Source of the DNA: an uncultured candidate division Zixibacteria bacterium
GTDB lineage: Bacteria; Zixibacteria; MSB-5A5; GN15; FEB-12
NCBI GenBank assembly: GCA_963806185.1
Contig: CAWDXE010000001.1
Coordinates: 207,512-271,511, forward strand
DNA: 64,000 nucleotides
Reading direction: 5' to 3'
Shown here: piece by piece, positions 20,401 to 29,600 of the stretch
Layout of the letters: the number at the start of each line of letters is the position of its first letter
Numbering within the stretch: position 1 is the first letter of the stretch
Program-made: the position numbers and the translations under genes
The notes under the pieces: generated by a model
What the model was told of the DNA's origin: nothing
The model's database searches: none
Seen by the model: only the letters and a program-made list of their open reading frames with translations

Positions 20401-21028
20401 GAGCAAAGACGTGCTCATTCGATTTCTCTCGGCCCGGCTGTACGGCGGTGGGGGCGCCCACAGCATGTTCATGAAGACCTGGGGCGCGGGTCTGGCCTAC
20501 TCCAATGGCCTGAGAAGCAACGAAGCGTCGGGCCGGCTCATCTACTACGCTGAGCGGTGTCCTGATCTGTCGCAGACGATGCAATTTGTCGTCGATCAAC
20601 TAAAAAACGCGCCGCGCGACACTGCGCTCGCTGAATACGCGGTTTCGCAGGCCTTCGTCATGCTCCGGGGCGGCGCCAGTTACGAGGCACGAGGGGAAGC
20701 CATGGCCAATGATCTGGCCGACGGCATTACCCCTGACGTGGTGAGATCATTCCGCCAGCGGATTCTCGATCTTCGGAAAGACCCGAAGCTATACGATAAA
20801 CTGGCGGCCCAGATGGAATCGATTTATGGCCTGGTGCTGCCTGATTACGGCCCCAGCGGGGAGGAAGCAGCCAAGACGGCGCACGCCATGAACTTCATTA
20901 TCGGCCCGGAGAAGCAGTTTCAGACCTACGAGCAGTATCTCGATAAGACGGAAGGTGATATAGAGTTGCAGCGATTGTACCCCCGCGATTATTGGCTGCC
21001 ACGCACCTTGCCGAAGACGAGCCGATAG
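17420..21028 (+). CDS. secreted M16 (insulinase/pitrilysin) family zinc metallopeptidase, ~1200 aa
   Basis: A signal peptide and the inverted zinc motif 'PHTLEHLLLGKGNKGRY' (HxxEH). Length and N-terminal placement are consistent with M16C/PreP-like enzymes. Alternative start TTG ~17438, 8 nt after GGAGG. Confidence 0.75.
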   Translation: MVEVDPLRSARFLVAALFLALPIFVSAADEFVSLQPDQPIADFRTEAVYDNESGHVVGARFRHVPSGFVLDLLRIQSLPQAFMWVNSPPPSDQGEPHTLEHLLLGKGNKGRYVASLEDMSLGSSSAFTMQVQTCYHFNAPTPEIFFNLLEAKMDAMVHPNYSDEEIRREVANMGVAENQSDGSLRLEEKGTVYNEMTRSFESPWGNLSVTMDRMIWGAGHPLSFSSGGYPDSIRNMTPDDLRAFHGATHHLNNMGAEVALPDAISLDDALTQISSILKRIEPEAKTGDHPSALYDRLPAAKSAPYGTIAITEFPHADENEPGLLLMSWPPIEKVDNNELYLLELLMNNLANGPSSNLYKRFIDSRTRTIDIGASGTFVWVGNEPGHPVQMGFGDINRASNNEKMIDSVRSAVISEIAQIAALKDGSPELKDFNDRALNRIAQRRRTLRQFLNSPPGWGARGTGSEWMEHLRRLHYSGGFHRSLVLANELAFADSLVNQPANIWREYINRWQLLTVKPYAVSAKASPQLLARQEAARQARIDAYADKLMKEYGVSDRSEAIKRFSADYDRNTAAIDAEATRITMPAFAHNPPMTLDDQLKYRVDTLPGGAPLVASTFENMSGATMGFAFRMDVVPESLLVYVSALPDLLTSIGGTYKGQLLAYDKMSEAVRKEILRLSTYYSVNYRKERVELVCRAAGSDSVEAQRAVDWINTALFGANFSVENLPRIRDVIDQTLMDIRSRTASAEESWVDEPANGYWKQDDPLILAADNFLTRAHAFHRLRWLLKESGSPTLGDQFSKFMDELAPLGANYTRDTILLVLGYLKTDTTEKALLPEADRLRKLMAAAREDTRGVIEDALSDLERLLSDIPDNSLGADWRYLCRQMTLDFLTPAREALDQLQAVLALVRRSDNVRSFVVGSTATQKALRPRLDEIVSRLDTAPSKRATYAAGERINNRLKERAKNSTPPIYVGLVNNSTRSGVIFNTADCASYADTSKDVLIRFLSARLYGGGGAHSMFMKTWGAGLAYSNGLRSNEASGRLIYYAERCPDLSQTMQFVVDQLKNAPRDTALAEYAVSQAFVMLRGGASYEARGEAMANDLADGITPDVVRSFRQRILDLRKDPKLYDKLAAQMESIYGLVLPDYGPSGEEAAKTAHAMNFIIGPEKQFQTYEQYLDKTEGDIELQRLYPRDYWLPRTLPKTSR

Positions 21029-21058
21029 GCGCCGCTCCATTATAATTGCACATGCAAC

Positions 21059-21092
21059 GGTCCCGAATGCAACTTTCGGGACCGTTTTTTGT
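21059..21092 (+). terminator. rho-independent terminator after the M16 peptidase gene
   Basis: GGTCCCGAA-tgcaact-TTCGGGACC followed by GTTTTTTGTT. Coordinates are approximate (±3). Confidence 0.6.
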
Positions 21093-21141
21093 TATGAGTG
21101 TCTAGCCTTGGTGATAGGAAGACAATGATAAAGGAGCGACC

Positions 21142-21840
21142 ATGATCACTGCGAGGAAATCGTCCGAGCGCGGCCAGGCCGATCACGGCTGGCTGCAGAC
21201 TTTTCACACTTTCTCCTTTGCGGATTACCATGATCCGGAGCACACCAGCTTTCGCCAGTTGAGAGTCATCAACGAAGATTGGGTGGCGCCGACGCGCGGG
21301 TTCGCGGCGCATCCTCATCGCGATATGGAAATCGTGACCTACATCCTTGAAGGGGAGTTGGAGCACAAGGATTCGATGGGCACGGGATCGGTAATTCGGC
21401 GGGGTGACGTGCAGCGGATGAGCGCCGGCAGCGGTGTCGTGCACAGCGAATTCAATCCCTCGACCGAGCAACCTGTTCATCTCTGGCAAATATGGTTGTT
21501 TCCTGACCAGCGTGGACGCCGGCCCGAATATGAGCAAAAGACTTTCGATGACCACACCAAGCTGAATCAGTTGCGACTGATTGTGTCGCCTGACGCAGCG
21601 GAAGGGGCGATCGGGATTCACCAGGATGTGCGCGTCTTCGCTTCCATTTTGGAAGCGGGTCATCAGGTTCAGCACGAATTTGTGTCCGGTCGCCATGGCT
21701 GGCTGCAGCTTGCCTCCGGTCGAGTGACGGTTAACGGTGTACCGCTGGCGTCAGGGGACGGAGCGAGGATTAGCGACGAGGCCGCGCTAACGATTGCGGC
21801 CAACGAGCGGGCTGAGTTTCTGCTTTTCGACCTCAACTGA
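21142..21840 (+). CDS. pirin family protein (bicupin; quercetin 2,3-dioxygenase-like)
   Basis: 'HPHRDMEIVTYILEGELEHKDSMGTGSVIRRGDVQRMSAGSGVVHSEFN' matches the pirin N-terminal cupin metal-binding region. 232 aa. Confidence 0.85.
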   Translation: MITARKSSERGQADHGWLQTFHTFSFADYHDPEHTSFRQLRVINEDWVAPTRGFAAHPHRDMEIVTYILEGELEHKDSMGTGSVIRRGDVQRMSAGSGVVHSEFNPSTEQPVHLWQIWLFPDQRGRRPEYEQKTFDDHTKLNQLRLIVSPDAAEGAIGIHQDVRVFASILEAGHQVQHEFVSGRHGWLQLASGRVTVNGVPLASGDGARISDEAALTIAANERAEFLLFDLN

Positions 21841-22092
21841 GGGACGTTTGGCTTTGCACGGAGCCATGAGAGGTTCTGGCAGGTCTCCCTTATCGGGCAC
21901 GGGGCGGGTCGATTTTCGAACGGCTAATCCCTTAGGTGAAATGGACTTCACCAGCGGCAGAAGTGGATTCCATCAGATCGACGTGACCACACCCGTGGCT
22001 CATCATCTTGGAACGTGAAATCGACTATATAGCCTTCCAATCGAGGCGTCGTTGTTGCGCGGCTAACCTCTCTGCCACCAGTAATTTACTGG

Positions 22093-22121
22093 TTGACAAT
22101 CGTACGATTTCACGGTATACT
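22093..22121 (+). promoter_or_regulatory. sigma70-like promoter (TTGACA–17 bp–TATACT) ~490 nt upstream of paralog A
   Basis: A perfect -35 hexamer, a 17-bp spacer and a -10 with one mismatch. Whether this organism uses the sigma-A consensus is unknown (FCB bacteria often do not). Coordinates ±2. Confidence 0.35.
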
Positions 22122-22605
22122 TTTATGTGCCGGAGACTGTATAGATGTTTTTGTAAATAGACCAGTTATACGCGTTCGTGTCGGGGTTGGACGACTCCTG
22201 CCGATTCGCGCTTCGAAGCACATATTTGGGTAACCATTACCGGCGCTTCTGCGTCGCCGGAAAGAGTGACCGTGATTGCAGTGTTGACAAGCGGTAATCC
22301 CCATACCGCGATGGCAACGACCCTGAGCATTGGGGTCGTCGGGCCAGTTATTTATCTTTTGATTGTATTTGCAGTTCAGAATTACGTCCGATTACACGTG
22401 CAGAATTGGCATCGGAAACAGTGTTACTCCGCTCTGCCGGGCAGCGTCGTGATATCGCGCTGCAGGAAAGGAGGTATTTCGATGCAATGAGCCCGCTGAT
22501 CGGCGTTGCGGGTGGCACGAACGCCGACCGAGCTGAGGCAAGATGTAAGCGCTGTGCTGCAGAGCGGAGCGCTGATCGAACATTCAGGAATCGAAAGGAA
22601 TGAAA

Positions 22606-25600
22606 ATGATCAGGAAGCTTACAGTGTTGCTCGTCCTTAGCCTGATTGCGATCGCGTTTATCGCGGTTTCCATCGACGCTAAGTCGGTTTTCGACAAAGG
22701 CAAGCGTGTCGTCGACGAGCGGACCAATAAAGTCACGACCTTCAGTTTCACGGGCAAACGTCCTCTCGTGGCCCGTGGCGACGTACCCGAGCTCCCCACG
22801 CCGACCACGTCGAGCGCCGTCCGCTCATCGCTGGGCGTTCCGGCGACTGCCGGACAGTCGGCGTCTCCGGGATTTACGGTTGACGTATCGTATAATGACG
22901 ACCAGTACATTCCGTCGGCCGGTCACCAGGTCGAATGGCGGGGTACGTCGCCGTACGTGCAATTCGCGTATGGCAACGCCAATTCGAAGGGAGATATCAG
23001 CCGATTCGGCTATAACGTGTATGACCCGGTTCTGGGCAACTGGCCGCGCACGGCGGAAGTTGGCTGCGAGATTCAGGGTGCCGGCGATATCGGGACCCAG
23101 GTCGACATGTCGCTCAATTCGAGCGGATTTGTGGTGATTGGCGGCGTGGACGGAACGACCACGGCCACCCAGGACAACCACTTTTTCTTCCAGACGGCGA
23201 AGTTCAGCTGTACGTGGGGCACCGGCACGAAGATAGCGGCGAGCCAGTACAATGTGAACTTCCTGGCGTCGACAAACCTGCTGCACCACCCGCGCATAGA
23301 GTCGCAGACCTGGGCTGGTCAGACCTACACGCACGTGGTGGCGGTAGAGAGCAAAGTGCAGGATGTGACGACAGAGTTCCGTCGCAACACGCTGCATTAT
23401 TTCCGCAAGGTAGGGACGGCACAGGCCGGGACCTGGACCGGTCCGGTCACGCTTGACACGATCGCGTCGGTGTCGAATTCCCAGCGGGTCAACGCAGCCA
23501 GCATCGTGTCCTCGCGGGTGTCGCCGAAAGTGGCCGTCGTGTATGTAGTACCGACGGCTGAGGGTTTAGCCCATCAGCAGCGGTATGACGCGGACATCTG
23601 GTACACCGAGTCTGACTCGGTGGGCGCCACCTGGGGACCGCGGGTCAACATGACCGGTTTCCATCATGACGTCGCCTCCAAAACATCTTTTATGGGATCG
23701 GTCGGTTTCTACGATACGCAGGGTTTCCTGCACATCATTTTTGATGCTACCGACGTTCCTGCCGGCGCGTATGACCCGGCGTCCTCGTACTTCTGGGGAG
23801 ATTTCTCGAACAGCCTCTATCACTGGTCGAAGCGTGTGGCTGGGACGTACGCTGGCGGCACGATCGCCAAGATCCACAACTCTGAATGGGGCATTGATCT
23901 CAACACCGAGGTTTGCGGATTCGGCTCTCCGGGTACCGGATACACCGGGTTCTATTCGGTGGCCGAGTGCGACGGTCGTTTGTACGTCATATTCACCCAG
24001 TATCTTGACTATTTTGGTATTTTCACCGGCACGTCGCACATTGATGACTGCGCGGTGGGTGCGTCGGACCGTCTCTACGCCGCCAACGGCGAGGTGTGCG
24101 TCTGCGTCTCGTCCGATCGTGACGGTATGCTCTGGGATGCCGCACGTAACCTGACGAACACGTATACGCCTAACTGCGACTCGGCGGGCGGAACCGGCGG
24201 CGAATGCGCCAACGACACGCGGCCGACCGTATCGCGGTATGGAATGAACGTCAATTCGTTTGACACCAATGCGGTGCACGTGAACCTGACCTGGCCGGGG
24301 ACGGATCTGATCGTTCCGGCGGGTGGTACGGCCGATTCGATGTTCCTGCATGTCTTCTATACGGCCGACAAGTTCCCGGCGCCGGGCTGGCGCGATACGA
24401 CGACCTACAACCGGGCGACGCCGAACCCGCTCAAGTGGATGCGTCTGGCTTGTGTCGATCCTATCAGTGCGCCGCAGATTCGGGTGTCGCCGAACCTGAT
24501 CGCCTATCCGGAGTACACCAAGCATAATACGCAGAAGAGCGTGACGGTCACGGTGACCAACGAAGGGAACGAAGATCTGCATGTGACCACGATCGGGACG
24601 GACAAGGTCAGTCCGATCACGCCGAACTGGCTGGCCACCTCGGTGGGAAGCCTGACGGTCGCGGCGGGTCAATCGAACACAGGAACGTTTAACGTCCTGC
24701 TTAACGGTCCCGGCCTGATCAACAGCCCGGGGACGGTAGTGGCGCTGAACGGTGAAGTGTATTTGTTATCGGATGCACCGGCGCCGCGCGACTCGGTATC
24801 GATCTTTATCGAGAACTTCCTGGTGGCCGACACGGTGGTGGGTCTGGACTTTGACACGGTGGTGACCTGCGGCGTGGAGTTGATGGTGGACAACCATGGG
24901 AACATGGGCAGCCAGGGTCAGGGCAAGGTCAATCTGGACTTTGTCGGCTCGGGTGAGTGCGACACGTCGGGGGCGAAAACCTACCTGTATGACGGTGGAC
25001 CGATGTTGATTCGGAACCTGGGTGGTGGTTCGTTTGTGTACAGCAACGCGTTGTTTGAAGATGACTTCAGCACGGCCCAGTCGTTCAAGCCGTTGACGGG
25101 TCCGGTGCCGGCCAGTTTCGTGGGTCCGGCGGGCTCTGACGGTTATTTCACGGGCACTTTTGTGACTCGTGACACGGCGGTGGGCATGCAGTTGCGGTAC
25201 TACGGTCCGACGGACGGTGGCGACAACTGCGACTTCGTCATTCAGCAGATGAAGGTGTTCAAGATGACGCCGGGGACGCTGACGGGAATCACGGTTGGTC
25301 AGGGGATCGACTGGGATATTCGTTCGGACAGCGGTGCGCAGAACTCGTTCAATCGTTCGGGGGTAGCGACCGACTCGTCGTTTGTGTACCAGCGTGGTGT
25401 GGACACGGGCGCGGTGACCGGTTGCAATCCTGATTCGGGTCGTTATGGCGCCCAGGCGGTGCTGGGGATGTACCTGAAGTCGGACAGTGTGGCCAACAAT
25501 TGCGCCACGAGCAACATTTACGGTATGTACGCGCAGTACAATGACACGTTGTTCAAGTACGACACGTTGTCGGAGAATCTGGAAGCGAACTTCTACTGGA

Positions 25601-26046
25601 ACGAGATGGGGATCGCCGGCTATCGCAGTCGTGCGGGGGTTCGCGATTTCCATATGATCACGACCTACAAGTACAACACGAGTTTGAGCAACACCGACAC
25701 GTTGACCTGTTGGACGGTGATGACGTCCGTGCGGAACGGGACGTTGACCGATCTGGCGGCCAATGTGGCGGCGGCCAAGGCCTGGTTCTTTGCCAATCTG
25801 CGTCCGGGTTGCGGATCGTGTTGTGTCGGCAGCGTGGGTAATATTGATGGTGACATCACTGACGGCGTTGACGTTGGTGACCTGACCAAGTTGATCAACA
25901 ACCTGTTCATCACCTTTGAAGCGATAGCCTGTCCGGCGGAAGCCAACTGTGATGGCGATCCGCTGAACAGTGTCGACGTAGGTGATTTGACGGCACTGAT
26001 TAACAACCTGTTTATTACGTTCGCGCCGCTTCCTGCCTGTCAGTAA
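22606..26046 (+). CDS. secreted BNR/Asp-box repeat protein with Ig-like domain and C-terminal tandem dockerin-like (EF-hand) motifs, paralog A
   Basis: Signal peptide. Asp-box motifs 'TESDSVGATWG' and 'VSSDRDGMLWD'. An Ig-like segment 'KSVTVTVTNEGNEDLHVTTIG'. The C-terminus 'GNIDGDITDGVDVGDLTKLINNLFITF…NCDGDPLNSVDVGDLTALINNLFITF' is a duplicated dockerin-like calcium-binding segment. AAAGGA lies upstream. Confidence 0.75.
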   Translation: MIRKLTVLLVLSLIAIAFIAVSIDAKSVFDKGKRVVDERTNKVTTFSFTGKRPLVARGDVPELPTPTTSSAVRSSLGVPATAGQSASPGFTVDVSYNDDQYIPSAGHQVEWRGTSPYVQFAYGNANSKGDISRFGYNVYDPVLGNWPRTAEVGCEIQGAGDIGTQVDMSLNSSGFVVIGGVDGTTTATQDNHFFFQTAKFSCTWGTGTKIAASQYNVNFLASTNLLHHPRIESQTWAGQTYTHVVAVESKVQDVTTEFRRNTLHYFRKVGTAQAGTWTGPVTLDTIASVSNSQRVNAASIVSSRVSPKVAVVYVVPTAEGLAHQQRYDADIWYTESDSVGATWGPRVNMTGFHHDVASKTSFMGSVGFYDTQGFLHIIFDATDVPAGAYDPASSYFWGDFSNSLYHWSKRVAGTYAGGTIAKIHNSEWGIDLNTEVCGFGSPGTGYTGFYSVAECDGRLYVIFTQYLDYFGIFTGTSHIDDCAVGASDRLYAANGEVCVCVSSDRDGMLWDAARNLTNTYTPNCDSAGGTGGECANDTRPTVSRYGMNVNSFDTNAVHVNLTWPGTDLIVPAGGTADSMFLHVFYTADKFPAPGWRDTTTYNRATPNPLKWMRLACVDPISAPQIRVSPNLIAYPEYTKHNTQKSVTVTVTNEGNEDLHVTTIGTDKVSPITPNWLATSVGSLTVAAGQSNTGTFNVLLNGPGLINSPGTVVALNGEVYLLSDAPAPRDSVSIFIENFLVADTVVGLDFDTVVTCGVELMVDNHGNMGSQGQGKVNLDFVGSGECDTSGAKTYLYDGGPMLIRNLGGGSFVYSNALFEDDFSTAQSFKPLTGPVPASFVGPAGSDGYFTGTFVTRDTAVGMQLRYYGPTDGGDNCDFVIQQMKVFKMTPGTLTGITVGQGIDWDIRSDSGAQNSFNRSGVATDSSFVYQRGVDTGAVTGCNPDSGRYGAQAVLGMYLKSDSVANNCATSNIYGMYAQYNDTLFKYDTLSENLEANFYWNEMGIAGYRSRAGVRDFHMITTYKYNTSLSNTDTLTCWTVMTSVRNGTLTDLAANVAAAKAWFFANLRPGCGSCCVGSVGNIDGDITDGVDVGDLTKLINNLFITFEAIACPAEANCDGDPLNSVDVGDLTALINNLFITFAPLPACQ

Positions 26047-26120
26047 GCAGTCGAACCGATAGACGGTGACGATGAGATACGGCCACCTCCCCCCGGGGGG
26101 TGGCCGTACGTGTTTGCGGA
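22680..26120 (+). repeat. tandem duplication unit A (~3.4 kb), including the 3' flanking hairpin
   Basis: Direct repeat of 26697..30135 with period ~4017 bp. The 5' ~700 nt and 3' ~1.9 kb are ≥99% identical and the middle ~0.8 kb ~75–80% identical. The duplicated 3' flank contains the palindrome GGCCACCTCCCCCCGGGGGTGGCC. Confidence 0.8.
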
Positions 26121-26623
26121 AAAAATCCAGAGGATCGGCATGCTTCCGGGTCGACGGGGGTCGGGCGTTCCCGGGCTGGAAGCGGATTCAGGACAAAATC
26201 GGTCAAGGGGAATTCCTTAGGCCACTAGTTGCTTGCAGGACAAGGGCCCCGCTGAAATTGGCATTGACAAAATCCGTCGCTGCATATACATTTCGTATGC
26301 TGGAGAGGTTTGCCTTAGGGACAGAGTATCCGGGCCCGGGCCTTCAACGCTACTTCGTCTCGAAGATAGATTTCTACAATTTATTGATCGTGCATACGTG
26401 AGAACATAACCGACAATCGACCTTGGACGATAAGGTCGCCTCCGTCGTAGTCACGATATCGGCGGGACAAGGAAAGGAGGTAATCTCAGCAACGAGTAAC
26501 ACGGCGTTCGGCCCTCGGCTTTGGGCCATCGGACGCGCATGCTGTGCGTGTAGAAATGGACACGCAGAGCATTGCTAGCTTCTTCTTTGGGACAATTATT
26601 TGGGAATCGAAAGGAGCACGGGA

Positions 26624-29600
26624 ATGATAAAGAGACTTCCCACGCTGTTTATTTGCGTTCTTGTTGCAGTGGCCTTCATTGCTGCTTCCGTGGATGCAAA
26701 ATCGAATTTTGACAAAGGCAAGCGTGTCGTCGACGAGCGGACCAATAAAGTCACGACCTTCAGCTTCTCCGGTAAGCGCCACCTGGTTGCTCAGGATGAC
26801 GTACCGGAGCTCCTCACGCCGACCACGTCGAGCGCCGTCCGCTCATCGTTGGGCGTTCCGGCGACTGCCGGACAGTCGGCGTCTCCGGGATTTACGGTTG
26901 ACGTATCGTATAATGACGACCAGTACATTCCGTCGGCCGGTCACCAGGTCGAATGGCGGGGTACGTCGCCGTACGTGCAATTCGCGTATGGCAACGCCAA
27001 TTCGAAGGGAGATATCAGCCGATTCGGCTATAACGTGTATGACCCGGTTCTGGGCAACTGGCCGCGCACGGCGGAAGTTGGCTGCGAGATTCAGGGTGCC
27101 GGCGATATCGGGACCCAGGTCGACATGTCGCTCAATTCGAGCGGATTTGTGGTGATTGGCGGCGTGGACGGAACGACCACGGCCACCCAGGACAACCACT
27201 TTTTCTTCCAGACGGCGAAGTTCAGCTGTACGTGGGGCACCGGCACGAAGATAGCGGCGAGCCAGTACAATGTGAACTTTTTGACCACGGCCAACCTGCT
27301 GCATCACCCGCGCATAGAGTCGCAGACCTGGGCTGGTCAGACCTACACGCACGTGGTGGCGGTAGAGAGCAAAGTGACGGACCTGACGACAGAGTTCCGT
27401 CGCAACACGCTGCATTATTTCCGCAAGGTAGGGACGGCACAGGCCGGGACCTGGACCGGTCCGGTCACGCTTGACACGATCGCGTCGTCGTCCAACTCTC
27501 AGCGCGTGAACTGCGCCAGTATCGTAGCCTCCCGCACCTCACCTAAGGTGGCGGTGGTCTATACCGTACCGACGGCCGAAGGTTTGGCGCATCTGCAACG
27601 GTACGACAACGATGTCTACTTTACGGAATCAGATTCCGTGGGCGCGACCTGGGGCGCGCGCGTCAATATGACCAACTACACGCACACGACAGCATCATTT
27701 ACGGCAAACCTCGGTGCTTTTGGTCTGTACGATTCGCAGGGGTTCCTGCACATTTTGTTCAGCGCACAGCCGGTTGATGCTCTTCCGTATGCTCCCACGT
27801 CGTCCTTCTTCTGGGGAGATTTCTCCTGCTCGCTGTTCCACTGGTCGAAGCGTGTGGCCGGGTCGAATGCCGGCGGCACGATCGCCAAGGTACACAATGC
27901 CGAGTGGGGCATCGACGTTAACACCGAAGTCTGCGGATTCCCGAGCCCGGGTTCTTCTTATCTTGGGTTCTATTCGCTGGCCGAGTGCGACGGTCGTTTG
28001 TATGCGGTGTTCAGCCAGTACAACGACTACTATGGCAACTTCGGCACGTCGCACATTGACGACTGCGCGGTGGGTGCGTCGGACCGTCTCTACGCCGCCA
28101 ACGGTGAAGTCTGCGTAACCGTATCATCCGATCGTGACGGTATGCTCTGGGATGCTGTTCGTAACCTGACGAACACGTATACGCCTAACTGCGACTCGGC
28201 GGGCGGAACCGGCGGCGAATGCGCCAACGACACGCGCGCCACGGTATCGCGGTACGGAATGAACGTCAATTCGTTTGACACCAATGCGGTGCACGTGAAC
28301 CTGACCTGGCCGGGGACGGATCTGATCGTTCCGGCGGGTGGTACGGCCGATTCGATGTTCCTGCATGTCTTCTATACGGCCGACAAGTTCCCGGCGCCGG
28401 GCTGGCGCGATACGACGACCTACAACCGGGCGACGCCGAACCCGCTCAAGTGGATGCGTCTGGCTTGTGTCGATCCTATCAGTGCGCCGCAGATTCGGGT
28501 GTCGCCGAATCTGATCGCCTATCCGGAGTACACCAGGCACAATACGCAGAAGAGCGTGACGGTCACGGTGACCAACGAAGGGAACGAAGATCTGCATGTG
28601 ACCACGATCGGGACGGACAAGGTCAGTCCGATCACGCCGAACTGGCTGGCCACCTCGGTGGGAAGCCTGACGGTCGCGGCGGGTCAATCGAACACAGGAA
28701 CGTTTAACGTCCTGCTTAACGGTCCCGGCCTGATCAACAGCCCGGGGACGGTAGTGGCGCTGAACGGTGAAGTGTATTTGTTATCGGATGCACCGGCGCC
28801 GCGCGACTCGGTATCGATCTTTATCGAGAACTTCCTGGTGGCCGACACGGTGGTGGGTCTGGACTTTGACACGGTGGTGACCTGCGGCGTGGAGTTGATG
28901 GTGGACAACCATGGGAACATGGGCAGCCAGGGTCAGGGCAAGGTCAATCTGGACTTTGTCGGCTCGGGTGAGTGCGACACGTCGGGGGCGGACACCTACC
29001 TGTATGACGGTGGACCGATGTTGATTCGGAACCTGGGTGGTGGTTCGTTTGTGTACAGCAACGCGTTGTTTGAAGATGACTTCAGCACGGCCCAGTCGTT
29101 CAAGCCGTTGACGGGTCCGGTGCCGGCCAGTTTCGTGGGTCCGGCGGGCTCTGACGGTTATTTCACGGGCACCTTTGTGACTCGTGACACGGCGGTGGGC
29201 ATGCAGTTGCGGTACTACGGTCCGACGGACGGTGGCGACAACTGCGACTTCGTCATTCAGCAGATGAAGGTGTTCAAGATGACGCCGGGGACGCTGACGG
29301 GAATCACGGTTGGTCAGGGGATCGACTGGGACATTCGTTCGGACAGCGGTGCGCAGAACTCGTTCAATCGTTCGGGGGTAGCGACCGACTCGTCGTTTGT
29401 GTACCAGCGTGGTGTGGACACGGGCGCGGTGACCGGTTGCAATCCTGATTCGGGTCGTTATGGCGCCCAGGCGGTGCTGGGGATGTACCTGAAGTCGGAC
29501 AGTGTGGCCAACAATTGCGCCACGAGCAACATTTACGGTATGTACGCGCAGTACAATGACACGTTGTTCAAGTACGACACGTTGTCGGAGAATCTGGAAG

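Noticed and set aside
21040-21696. 218-aa minus-strand ORF overlapping the pirin gene
   Set aside because: It lies entirely antisense to a confidently identified pirin CDS. It has no domain signal and an Arg-rich composition.
23566-25653. Long minus-strand ORFs (368 aa, 295 aa) antisense to paralog A. The same occurs in paralog B (28124..28687, 28781..30253) and in the beta-helix gene (6611..7588, 8333..9208 on the plus strand).
   Set aside because: They are Arg/His/Pro-rich low-complexity translations typical of the antisense frame of high-GC coding DNA. They have no starts with RBS and are fully nested in well-supported genes.
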